Shown here in pieces: positions 16,746 through 26,119 of a stretch of DNA of 64,000 nt. Source of the stretch: Candidatus Eiseniibacteriota bacterium (GTDB lineage Bacteria; Arandabacterota; Arandabacteria; Arandabacterales; Arandabacteraceae); contig JBDRNT010000151.1 of assembly GCA_043810925.1 (NCBI GenBank), forward strand, positions 3,565 to 67,564, written 5' to 3'. Position 1 is the first letter of the stretch. Each line of letters begins with the position of its first letter. The notes beneath the pieces were generated by a model, which was given only the letters and a program-made list of their open reading frames with translations, was not told the DNA's origin and did not search any database. The position numbers and the translations under genes are program-made.

Positions 16746-18866
16746 ATGAGAACCGGAATCGCACTCTACGTGACGATCCTCCTCATTGCCGCGGGTTGTC
16801 TGTACGGAGGCATGAGGAAAGTACCCGAAGGTATAGAGCTCACCTACGACGACCCGGCAGCATTTTCAGTCTCCGTTGCAGGTTCATTCAACAACTGGGA
16901 TACGGGATCGAATCCGATGGCAAAAGACGATGAAGGCGTCTGGAGCGCGGTCATTCCTCTTCCGCCGGGCAAACATGAATACAAGTTCGTCGTTAACGGC
17001 AGTGACTGGATGGCCGATCCCGACAACCCGAAGATCGTCGGAGATTACGGCAACTCAGGGATCGAGATCGATAGTGACGGGGATATCGTTCTCGCCGGGG
17101 CGGTCGACGTGGTATCCAACACGGCCGCGAATGCGAGAGTGAAAATAAACGGTTGGTTCAGGGGGACCTACACGACGCGTCGGGACGGGCTCGGCGATGT
17201 GAGATGGAGGCTCTCAAGACCGGCCCACGAGATGTACCTCGGCTTTAACCCGACGATAGGCCCGGATGTCAAGGGTTCGGTTACGATGCGGATCGACAGC
17301 GGGGAAGGAGACATCAGGGAGGTGACGGCCGACCTGTATGCCGGGCGCCTGGCCTTCAAGAGCGATCTCTTCGACGCGACTGCATACCACAACGAAGAGA
17401 TCGTAAGTTTCGACGATCCTCTTGAAATCGTGGGTCATATTGACCTTCCCGGTACGGTCTGGGAGGAAGACATCGATTTCGGCCGCGGAACACAGGGTGT
17501 GATCACCGATCTCAGACTGAAGGGGATCGGTGTTCGGGCGCTCTACTCCAACACCTATGACGATGATATCTACAACAGTGACGCACGGTGGTACACCGAT
17601 CCCGCCGACCAGCAGATAAAGTCGATGACACGATACGACAATACGGGAACCGATGTCCTTGCCGTACGGGCCAGGCGGAGCTTTCTCGGCGCAGAGTGGG
17701 GTGCGACCCTTGTGTCTCAAAGAGACGGCTGGTGGATCGGTTTCGAAGAGGGTAACGAGGTCGACCCGGCCATAGAGGCATACAGGGCCGAGACGGGCGA
17801 CAACGGGAGTACCTGGTTTGAAGCGGGTACATCGGACATGCTCATAGGCGGTGATGTCGCGGTAGAGCCTGCCGTGTGGTTGTCCTTGTTCGGCGAGTTC
17901 GCAACCACGACCTACAAGGCGATGTGGGATGCGGGTAACCGGGTGCGCATACAGGGTGACCAGAAAGTTGATGGAAGGATAGACGCACCGATCGGGGATG
18001 AGGACGGAAGCCGCTTCAAGACGGGCTTCGATGCCTCAGCCGGTGATTGCGCGCTGCGGTTCACATTCGAGCAGGCGCGTTTTGACGGGATGAGCGAAGA
18101 CGAAGCATACGTCAGTCATCTTGCCCTGCCATTTGAAGATCCCGATAACAGGCTTATAGACCTCTACGGCATTGCGATCGTAAAGGACAGCACCCATTAC
18201 AGGGCCTACATGAAGGCCAACGGCATCGATGAGTTCATTGTCTACGAACACGATCCGCTTCCCAAGCGTGACGTGGACATCGTGGAAGTGGATGCCGCCA
18301 CGAAGTTCATGGGGATGGACCTGGGCGTCGAGGTCGACATTGTAAAATCCACGTGGGATTACATCGATCCCGATATGGAGAATGCCGAGAACACGCAGGT
18401 CCTGGTGCTCCCCTCGGTGGGCGGCCGGCTCCTCGGAGAACGTCTGAGTTACGACCTCCTCTATGGAATCAGCAGGGACAACCTGAGCGGCAGAATGCCC
18501 TCTGCCTTTGACAGGGGCGAGTTCAGCGCCAGGGGCGATTTCGCGATTACCGAGAGGTGGGGCATCTACTACAACGTCAGGTGGGTCAACTACGATTGGA
18601 CCGAGGATGACACCGGCATGAGCGAGAGTTTCTTTAACCCGCACCTTGCGCTGGTCTGGAGTCCGATTGCGAGTGTTGAGATGCGGCTGGGCTACGGGCT
18701 AAGTCCGCTTTACTACGTGGACACGCCGGTGGAAGGCAGGGAGATCGGCAGGGAGAGGTGGCTCTCCAGCTACCTATGGCCGAGACCGGGTGCGACCCTT
18801 ATCGATGCCGAGATGGCGCTTGATGATCTGAAGATAATTACGCTTATGGGGGTGATTTCGTTCTGA
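16746..18866 (+). CDS. CBM48/AMPK-type glycogen-binding domain fused to a putative outer-membrane beta-barrel
   Basis: 'VSVAGSFNNW...GVWSAVIPLPPGKHEYKFVVNGSDWMADPDNP...GDYGNS' followed by ~590 aa of beta-strand-like sequence ending 'ITLMGVISF'. Confidence 0.75.
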   Translation: MRTGIALYVTILLIAAGCLYGGMRKVPEGIELTYDDPAAFSVSVAGSFNNWDTGSNPMAKDDEGVWSAVIPLPPGKHEYKFVVNGSDWMADPDNPKIVGDYGNSGIEIDSDGDIVLAGAVDVVSNTAANARVKINGWFRGTYTTRRDGLGDVRWRLSRPAHEMYLGFNPTIGPDVKGSVTMRIDSGEGDIREVTADLYAGRLAFKSDLFDATAYHNEEIVSFDDPLEIVGHIDLPGTVWEEDIDFGRGTQGVITDLRLKGIGVRALYSNTYDDDIYNSDARWYTDPADQQIKSMTRYDNTGTDVLAVRARRSFLGAEWGATLVSQRDGWWIGFEEGNEVDPAIEAYRAETGDNGSTWFEAGTSDMLIGGDVAVEPAVWLSLFGEFATTTYKAMWDAGNRVRIQGDQKVDGRIDAPIGDEDGSRFKTGFDASAGDCALRFTFEQARFDGMSEDEAYVSHLALPFEDPDNRLIDLYGIAIVKDSTHYRAYMKANGIDEFIVYEHDPLPKRDVDIVEVDAATKFMGMDLGVEVDIVKSTWDYIDPDMENAENTQVLVLPSVGGRLLGERLSYDLLYGISRDNLSGRMPSAFDRGEFSARGDFAITERWGIYYNVRWVNYDWTEDDTGMSESFFNPHLALVWSPIASVEMRLGYGLSPLYYVDTPVEGREIGRERWLSSYLWPRPGATLIDAEMALDDLKIITLMGVISF

Positions 18867-19633
18867 TGCGGGGGTTTAAGGGTATGAGGGCTTCGTGGTT
18901 ACTGGTTCTGCTTGCTGCCTGTGCAGTCGTTAGCTGTTCGACAATCTCGAAGGGCATACGGGACAGACTTCCTCCTCCTCGTGAAATGGAGGGCGGGATT
19001 CGCTTCGGGTACGAGGCCCCCGCAGCAAGGATGGTCACCCTGGCAGGTAATTTCAACAACTGGGGGGGCACGGAGGGTGGAGGCCGTTACGATCCGACCA
19101 TAGATCCCATGAGCGATGACGACGGCGACGGCATATGGGAAATCGTGATGCCGCTCGCCCCGGGAAGATACCAGTACAAGTTCGTGATAGATAACGGCGT
19201 ACGCTGGGAACTCGACCCCAGCAACCCCAATACCGGCGTCGAGGGCGATTTCACAAACTCGCTGATCATCGTGCCGGAATCGGTCGGTTACAAGTACGAA
19301 ATCGTGACGGGAACGGTGCTTTCGGGATCGCCGTCGACAAAGACCGCGGGCAGGACGACCGGGACCGCAGCGGAAAAGGAAATCCAATTCACGTTTGACA
19401 ATCCGGAAGCCACCAAGGTGATTCTCGCGGGTGATTTTAACGAGTGGTCACTTACGGCCGCCAAGATGGAAAAGGACGACGAGGGTGTCTGGCGCGTCAA
19501 GGTCATGCTCAAGCCCGGCTCGTACGAATACAAGTTCCTGGTGGACGACACCGACTGGGTGGAGGATCCCGACAACGAGGATACGGTGCCGGATCCCTAC
19601 GGAGGCGTCAATTCTGTGATCACCGTCGAGTAG
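18866..19633 (+). CDS. lipoprotein with two CBM48/AMPK-type glycogen-binding domains
   Basis: Lipobox-like 'AVVSC'; two copies of 'LAG.FN.W...G.W.....L.PG.Y.YKF..D...W..DP.N'. Confidence 0.85.
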   Translation: MRGFKGMRASWLLVLLAACAVVSCSTISKGIRDRLPPPREMEGGIRFGYEAPAARMVTLAGNFNNWGGTEGGGRYDPTIDPMSDDDGDGIWEIVMPLAPGRYQYKFVIDNGVRWELDPSNPNTGVEGDFTNSLIIVPESVGYKYEIVTGTVLSGSPSTKTAGRTTGTAAEKEIQFTFDNPEATKVILAGDFNEWSLTAAKMEKDDEGVWRVKVMLKPGSYEYKFLVDDTDWVEDPDNEDTVPDPYGGVNSVITVE

Positions 19634-19637
19634 GCCG

Positions 19638-20558
19638 ATGAAGAGGTCTGCCCTCGCAGAGAACTTCTCTGCCTTAATATTCCTGTCTCCCTTTATCGTG
19701 ATCTTCGCCGTGTTCCTGGCCTGGCCGCTCTTCTATTCGTTCTACCTGAGCCTCAACAAAGTGACGGTGCTCGTCAACGTGTTTGACAACCTCACCTTTG
19801 TGGGCCTCCAGAACTTCATCGCGCTTTTTAAGGACGGTCTCTTCGGGTGGTCGCTCTTGATGACGCTTTACTATGCGGCCCTGATAGTGCCGCTTGGGAT
19901 CGGCACGTCACTCCTGCTGGCCGTGCTTCTTAACAACAAACTCAGACTGAACAGGCTCTTCAGAACCGCGTTCTTTCTTCCTTATGTTCTCGATCTGTTT
20001 GTTGTCGGTATCGTGTGGACCTTTATATACAGTCCGCACTTCGGGATTCTTACCAGGATCTTCGAGGCGGTGGGTATCACATATTTTTCTGAGCAGGGTT
20101 TTCTGGGACGCCCCGCGACTGCCATGCCCGCCGTCGTGATCGTAAATGTCCTTAAAGGGGCGGGCTTCGGGATGATCCTCTATCTTGCCGCGCTTCAGAA
20201 CATACCCGAATCCGTTTATGAGGCCGCTGAGGTCGACGGGGCGAGCTGGTGGCAGAAACTCACGAGGATCACGATCCCGCTTCTAAGGCCCGTTACGCTC
20301 TTCATGGTGATCGTCGGTGTCGTCGCGGCATTGAATGCCTTTGTTGAAGTGTTCGCCATGACGACCGGCGGTCCAAGTGTGAATGTCGGCGAACGTGCCT
20401 ATGGGGCCACGTGGGTCACGGGCTACTACCTCTTCGACACGTTCTATGTGAGGCTCAAACTGGGGTACGCCGCCGCGATGTCATACATCCTGTTGGCAAT
20501 AGCGGTTGCTGTGTCGCTTGTGAATCTGCGTCTCCTGCGATCGAAGACCGACTACTGA
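19638..20558 (+). CDS. carbohydrate ABC transporter permease (MalF-like)
   Basis: 'FVGLQNF'; EAA loop 'LQNIPESVYEAAEVDGASWWQKLTRITIPLL'. Confidence 0.92.
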   Translation: MKRSALAENFSALIFLSPFIVIFAVFLAWPLFYSFYLSLNKVTVLVNVFDNLTFVGLQNFIALFKDGLFGWSLLMTLYYAALIVPLGIGTSLLLAVLLNNKLRLNRLFRTAFFLPYVLDLFVVGIVWTFIYSPHFGILTRIFEAVGITYFSEQGFLGRPATAMPAVVIVNVLKGAGFGMILYLAALQNIPESVYEAAEVDGASWWQKLTRITIPLLRPVTLFMVIVGVVAALNAFVEVFAMTTGGPSVNVGERAYGATWVTGYYLFDTFYVRLKLGYAAAMSYILLAIAVAVSLVNLRLLRSKTDY

Positions 20559-20559
20559 G

Positions 20560-21417
20560 GTGGCAATGACAGGCAGTGTGAAAACAAGACGACCGGCAAG
20601 ACCGGGAAAGTCGGCAAAAACCGTCGCGCTTTATGTTGTGCTCACTGCCGCCGCCATTGTAGTGCTCTTCCCGTTTGTGTGGATGATCATAACCGCGCTC
20701 AAACAACCGGGCAGCGAATTCGATCCTGAGTTCTTTCCCAGGCACCCGACGCTGGGGAACCTGAAACGCGTATTCACCGAATTCGGTTTTGTAAGGTACT
20801 TCCTCAACAGCTCGATCGTCGCAGTGTCCTCGGCGCTTTTTGCCACGCTGTTTGCATCGCTTGCAGCCTATGCCTTTGCGTTCAAGAATTTCATCCTCAA
20901 GGAGAAGGTCTTCGGGGTCATCATCGCATCGATGATGGTGCCGGGTCTGATGTACGTCGTGCCGCAGTTCGCGATCGTGAACAGGCTTGGATGGATGAAC
21001 ACCTACAGGGCGATGATCGTACCGCACCTTGCCAATGTATTCGGGCTGTTTCTCCTGAGACAGTATATGAGCACGATCCCCAAGAGCCTTATTGACGCGG
21101 CCAGGATCGACGGCGCGAACGATTTCCAGGTCTATGGAAGGATAGTCATTCCGCTTACGCTCCCTATTGTCGCCACACTTTTCCTGCTTACCTTTCAGTT
21201 CCACTGGAGTAATTTTCTCTGGCAGCTGATTGTAACAAATAAGGAAAGCCTTTATACTGTTCCTGTGGGACTCTCTATGTTCAAACAGCAGCACGAACAG
21301 CTCTATGCCCTCAAGATGGCTGCGTCCGCTGTCTCGATAGTCCCGATCTCGGTGATATTCGTTTTCGCCCAGCGTTACTTCATAGAGGGAGTCACGGGGG
21401 GGGCGATAAAGGAATGA
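20560..21417 (+). CDS. carbohydrate ABC transporter permease (MalG-like)
   Basis: 'YFLNS', 'IPKSLIDAARIDGA', 'AQRYFIEGVTGGAIKE'; start may be ATG 20566. Confidence 0.92.
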   Translation: MAMTGSVKTRRPARPGKSAKTVALYVVLTAAAIVVLFPFVWMIITALKQPGSEFDPEFFPRHPTLGNLKRVFTEFGFVRYFLNSSIVAVSSALFATLFASLAAYAFAFKNFILKEKVFGVIIASMMVPGLMYVVPQFAIVNRLGWMNTYRAMIVPHLANVFGLFLLRQYMSTIPKSLIDAARIDGANDFQVYGRIVIPLTLPIVATLFLLTFQFHWSNFLWQLIVTNKESLYTVPVGLSMFKQQHEQLYALKMAASAVSIVPISVIFVFAQRYFIEGVTGGAIKE

Positions 21418-21436
21418 CGGACAAGGAGGAAGAGTC

Positions 21437-22689
21437 ATGAGATACGTGGTGCTTGTTTTCTGCTTGACCGCCCTTCTGGCGGCCGCATGTGCCAAAGAAG
21501 CGGCCAAAGAGGGTGTGGTGGTAACGGTCTGGGAAACTTACAACCCGGAGGAGCGTGCCGTCTTCCTCTCGTTGGTGGGTGAGTTCCACAAAGTCAATCC
21601 GGGGATCAAGATCGAACCGGTCAACATACCCTTTGACGGGCTTGAGCCGAAGATCCTCACCAGCCTGGCTACCCAGACCGCACCCGATGTCGCCCGGGTC
21701 GATGTGGCGTTTCTTCCCAAGATCGCGGTGAGAGGCGCGCTCTATCCCCTCGATGAGTACGGTGTCGGGAGCATCAAGGGTGAGATCAGACCCGTTGCCC
21801 TGAGCTCGTGCATTGTGGACGGGCAGACCTACGGACTACCGGACCAGGTGAACGGCCTGTGCCTCTTCTTCAACATCGATCTTTTCAAGGCGGCGGGACT
21901 TGATCCCGATAAGCCTCCCGAGACCTGGGACCAGTTCATTGAGGATGCGAAAACCATCACGGACCGGGATAAGGGTGTCTACGGCTTTGGCATGCGGAAT
22001 TCCCTCTGGTGGTCACTGCCGTTCATATACTCCTTCGGGGAGACCTTCTTACGCCCGACATGTCGCGGTGCGCCCTTGCAGATAAGGGAGCGGTCGCAGG
22101 GTTCCAGTTCAAGGTCGATCTCTACACCAAGCACGGAGTGGAGGGTGGTGCATGGCGAAGCGGTGGTATCCGGGACGACATGGGATTTCAGAACGGCAAG
22201 TATGCAATGATCTTCAACGGCCCGTGGGCCGTCAAGGGTCTCCAGCAGGCAGGCATAGACTTCGGCGTTGCGTTGATACCGAGCGGTCCCGCCGGCCATG
22301 CGACCAATGTGGGCGGCAACAACCTTGTTGTCTTCAGTACGTCCGAGCATCCACGCGAGGCCACACAGTTTCTCATGTTCATCGCCTCCAAAGAGTCGCA
22401 GGCAAGATGGGCGAATGAACTCGGCCAGATCCCCGTCAACCTGCTTGCGGACGAACTCATAGACTTCAGCCTCCATCCCTATCTCAAGATCTTCATGGAG
22501 CAGATGAAGTACGCGAAGGCAAGACCGCCGATAGGCGGCTACCCCGAGATCGAAAACGATGTCAACCCCGAGATGCAGGCGGCCCTTGACGGTAAGAAAC
22601 CGGTCATTGCCGCTATGCGGTCGGCATGTGAAAAGGTCGGTGTCATTCTCGCAGACGAGGAGGCACTCAAGGCAAGCTTCAAGGAGTAA
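21437..22689 (+). CDS. sugar ABC substrate-binding lipoprotein (maltodextrin-type), interrupted by a -1 frameshift at G4 22037-22040
   Basis: Lipobox LAAAC; 'APDV', 'YGLP', 'LFFNIDLFKAAGL..PPETWD'. One extra G restores 'YSFGGDLLTPD', continuing in ORF 22009..22689 ('GKYAMIFNGPW', 'GGNNL'). Confidence 0.85.
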
Positions 22690-22696
22690 ATACGTG

Positions 22697-25600
22697 ATGC
22701 GAGGCCGGATTGCAGGTATTCTTGTCTTACTCTTACTCGCCCCGGCTCTTTGCGCCGGAGCGGGCCGGGGACCGGGGTCAAGTCCCGACGGCATTGTCTT
22801 CAGCTGTGAAGAACCGGCAGCGGGCCGGGTCTTTCTCGCAGGCGACTTCAATGGGTGGTCTGAGACCAGCCATGCGATGGTCCGGACCGGTGAGGGCATG
22901 TGGACGATCACCGTGGACATCGCCCCGGGCCGCTATGAATACAAGTTTGTGATCGACGGTACAACGTGGAAAGAGGACCGCGGCAATCCCGACTGGGTAG
23001 CGGATCCCTTCGGCGGGCGGAATTCGGTCGTGACGGTGCTTGAGGACGGCTCGGCGGCGAAACCGGGAAGCGTGCCGGAGCCCGTACCGGATCCCGTCGT
23101 ATCGACACTCACACCGCTGCCCAAGCCGCTTCATCTGGCCATACTCTGGCACCAGCACCAGCCACGCTATCTCAAAGACCCCGGGACGGGTGAGTATCTC
23201 GAGCCCTGGGTGAGGGTTCATGGGATAAAGGACTATTACGACATGGTCGCCATCCTCGGGGAGTACCCGGAGATGAAGTTTACAGTCAATCTCACACCTG
23301 TGCTCTTATCCCAGCTCATAGAGGTGATAGAGGGTTATGACAGGTACATGGCCGGCGGTGCAAGCGGTGAAATGCCGGGCTGTGACATGTGGGTCCGGCT
23401 TACGCTCACGCCTCCCGCAGACCTGACCGAGGCTGAGAAGACCATGATCCTCAAGAACTTCTACCGCATGCCGTGGGAGACGATGCTTGACATCTATCCG
23501 CGCTATAAGGAGCTGGCTCAGAAGAAACGCGGTGACACTGAGGAAGAGCTGGCTGCAAGTCTTCCTGATTTCACCGACCGGGATTGGAGGGATCTCCAGG
23601 CCTGGTTTAATCTCGCCGAGTTCGATCCCGACTTCAAGGAAGGTCCCGTGGCTTTGCCGGGTGGGGAGACCGTTGATGTGAGTCACCTGATAGCCAGGGG
23701 AAGCGATTTCACGGAAGAAGACAAGGCCGAGATAATCGCTTCCCAGATGAAGATACTAAAGAGCGTGATCCCCGTGCACAAGCATTACCAGGACGCGGGC
23801 CAGCTGGAGGTGATCACGTGTCCATTCTATCACCCGATTCTCCCTCTCCTGTGTGATACCGATATCGCGCGTGAGGCGAGTCCCACGGTCGATCTGCCAA
23901 CGAAACGATTTGCCTATCCCGCTGATGCACAGGCGCAGGTCGAGATGGCCCGGGACTTCCACGCGGATCTCTTCGGGCGGCCCCCGAACGGTATGTGGCC
24001 GGCCGAGGGTTCGGTATCGGAGGCGATACTGCCCCTGGTCTTAGAAGCCGGCATCTCGTGGCTTGCGACTGACGAAGAGGTTCTCGCCCAGTCGCTCGGT
24101 GTGCGCAGTCTCACACCTCTGGATAAGTACAGGATGCACTATGCCGGTGACGAGGATGCCAGGGTGGCAATGATCTTCCGGGATCATAGCCTCTCCGATG
24201 ACATCGGCTTCAGGTATTCCAAGATGAACGGCGTGGCCGCCGCGAATGATATGATATCCAAACTCTATATTATCCACACATACCTGCAGGGGTACGACGG
24301 CGATTACGTTGTCCCGATAATCCTGGACGGGGAAAATGCCTGGGAACACTTCGAGCGGGACGGCAAGGACTTCTTTCACTCGCTCTATTCTCAGGTGAGC
24401 GAGGCCTCGTGGCTGGTTCCGGTTACGATATCGGAGTTTCTCGAAATGTCACCGCCCGAGCATGTGCTTCCGCGGCTTGCTCCCGGTTCGTGGATTGCTC
24501 ACAACTTCGACACCTGGATCGGCGAGGACGAAGAGAACAAGGCCTGGAACCATCTCGTCACGGCGCGGGAGTTGATCGACGGCAAACGCGCAGACCTGAG
24601 CGCCGATGCGCTGGAAGCCGTGATGAATGAAGTATACATCGCCGAGGGCAGTGATTGGTTCTGGTGGTATGGGCTCGACCAGAGCTCGGGCAATGACGAT
24701 GTCTTTGACAACGCCTTCCGGGGTACGCTCCGGAGAATATACGCGCTCGCCGGCGAGCAACCGCCGGACTATCTTGACCTTCCGTTCGTTGAGAGCGCGG
24801 GCGCCGAACCCACCCGCACGATAACGGGGACGGTCCGGCCCGATCTGGATGGTGTTCTGACCGAACCCGGCGAATGGCTCATGGCGGGTTTTATCGACGA
24901 CATCGAGGGTGGAGCCATGCAACAGGCCGGGGGCGATGTCATGAAGGGCCTCTACTACGGCTTTGGTGAAAACCATCTGTGGCTGCGCGTGGACTTTGAC
25001 ATGGCGGTGACCGAGATGGGGCCACCGACTTATACCACGCAAATCTGCTTCTCCGCTCCTGCGGGCACGGCCGGCAACGCCTATATCGGCGGTGAGAACC
25101 AGGACCAGAAGCACACATTCGGTTTTCCGATAGCCACACGGCTTGATCTTGGCTTCTACCTCACGACGGGTCCCGGACAAGCATACATTGCCGACGGCGA
25201 GGGGGGATGGATCAGCGAGGATCCGGGGTTTATAACCGAGACAATGGCGGCGAGCGACTTCCTGGAGATAGGTATACCGCTCGCATGGCTCGGGACCTCG
25301 ACGGGTGACGACCTGAGGCTCGGTGTCCTTACGCGCACCAGCGAAGGCGGCCGGGACGTGATTCCCGATGCCGGATCGTTGGCATTGCGTGTGCCTCCAT
25401 CGGGGGGGCATGCCGTGCTCAAGAGCCTGTCGGATCCGGTGGGTGACGATCACGGACCCGGAACATATACCTATCCTACGGATGCCGTCTTTGTTCCCGG
25501 TGCCTTCGACATCACCTCACTTGACGTCATGCTTGACGGTGACGCCAATGTGATCTTCAAGGTGGGTGTCGCCGGCGGGCTTGATTCACCGTGGGGCGGG

Positions 25601-26107
25601 ATCACGGGGTACTCACGCCAGGCGATAGACATATATCTGGACACCGACGGCGTGGCCGGTTCGGGCCGGAGAGAGCTCTTCAAGGCCCGGAAAGCCAGGA
25701 CCGTACCTCAGCATGCCTGGGAATACTTCGTCCGTGCATGCATGGATACCATAGCCATTTATGACATGACGGGTGCCAGGCTTGACGACGTTGTGGTTAA
25801 GTCCTACCCGGACGAAGCAAGCTCATCGATTTTCATATCTTTTCCACGGGACGCCGTAACAGGCGGTGACCGGTGGAATGCGATAGTCGCCATGCTCGGG
25901 CACGACGGCTATTCGGACGGACAGATAAGGCCGGTGCTCTCAGCGGGTGAACAATGGTACTTCGGCGGTTGTGAAGACGAGTACCTTTGTCCGGCCATCA
26001 TCGACATGATTGTGGAGGAAGGCCCGTCCCAGGAGGCGCAGCTGTCCTCCTACAAACAAACAGGAGAACCGTCCGATCTTACGGGTATACGAGTTGAATT
26101 ACAATAG
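22697..26107 (+). CDS. secreted GH57 amylopullulanase-type enzyme with N-terminal CBM48-like module and C-terminal glucodextranase-C (DOMON-like) domain
   Basis: Signal peptide; GH57 conserved regions HQHQP, WPAEG (nucleophile), ILDGENAWE (acid/base), AEGSDWFWW; 'DPVGDDHGPGTYTYPTDAVFVPGAFDI'; start ATG 22697 or GTG 22694 after AAGGAG. Confidence 0.9.
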   Translation: MRGRIAGILVLLLLAPALCAGAGRGPGSSPDGIVFSCEEPAAGRVFLAGDFNGWSETSHAMVRTGEGMWTITVDIAPGRYEYKFVIDGTTWKEDRGNPDWVADPFGGRNSVVTVLEDGSAAKPGSVPEPVPDPVVSTLTPLPKPLHLAILWHQHQPRYLKDPGTGEYLEPWVRVHGIKDYYDMVAILGEYPEMKFTVNLTPVLLSQLIEVIEGYDRYMAGGASGEMPGCDMWVRLTLTPPADLTEAEKTMILKNFYRMPWETMLDIYPRYKELAQKKRGDTEEELAASLPDFTDRDWRDLQAWFNLAEFDPDFKEGPVALPGGETVDVSHLIARGSDFTEEDKAEIIASQMKILKSVIPVHKHYQDAGQLEVITCPFYHPILPLLCDTDIAREASPTVDLPTKRFAYPADAQAQVEMARDFHADLFGRPPNGMWPAEGSVSEAILPLVLEAGISWLATDEEVLAQSLGVRSLTPLDKYRMHYAGDEDARVAMIFRDHSLSDDIGFRYSKMNGVAAANDMISKLYIIHTYLQGYDGDYVVPIILDGENAWEHFERDGKDFFHSLYSQVSEASWLVPVTISEFLEMSPPEHVLPRLAPGSWIAHNFDTWIGEDEENKAWNHLVTARELIDGKRADLSADALEAVMNEVYIAEGSDWFWWYGLDQSSGNDDVFDNAFRGTLRRIYALAGEQPPDYLDLPFVESAGAEPTRTITGTVRPDLDGVLTEPGEWLMAGFIDDIEGGAMQQAGGDVMKGLYYGFGENHLWLRVDFDMAVTEMGPPTYTTQICFSAPAGTAGNAYIGGENQDQKHTFGFPIATRLDLGFYLTTGPGQAYIADGEGGWISEDPGFITETMAASDFLEIGIPLAWLGTSTGDDLRLGVLTRTSEGGRDVIPDAGSLALRVPPSGGHAVLKSLSDPVGDDHGPGTYTYPTDAVFVPGAFDITSLDVMLDGDANVIFKVGVAGGLDSPWGGITGYSRQAIDIYLDTDGVAGSGRRELFKARKARTVPQHAWEYFVRACMDTIAIYDMTGARLDDVVVKSYPDEASSSIFISFPRDAVTGGDRWNAIVAMLGHDGYSDGQIRPVLSAGEQWYFGGCEDEYLCPAIIDMIVEEGPSQEAQLSSYKQTGEPSDLTGIRVELQ

Positions 26108-26119
26108 GAGACCTCTGCT

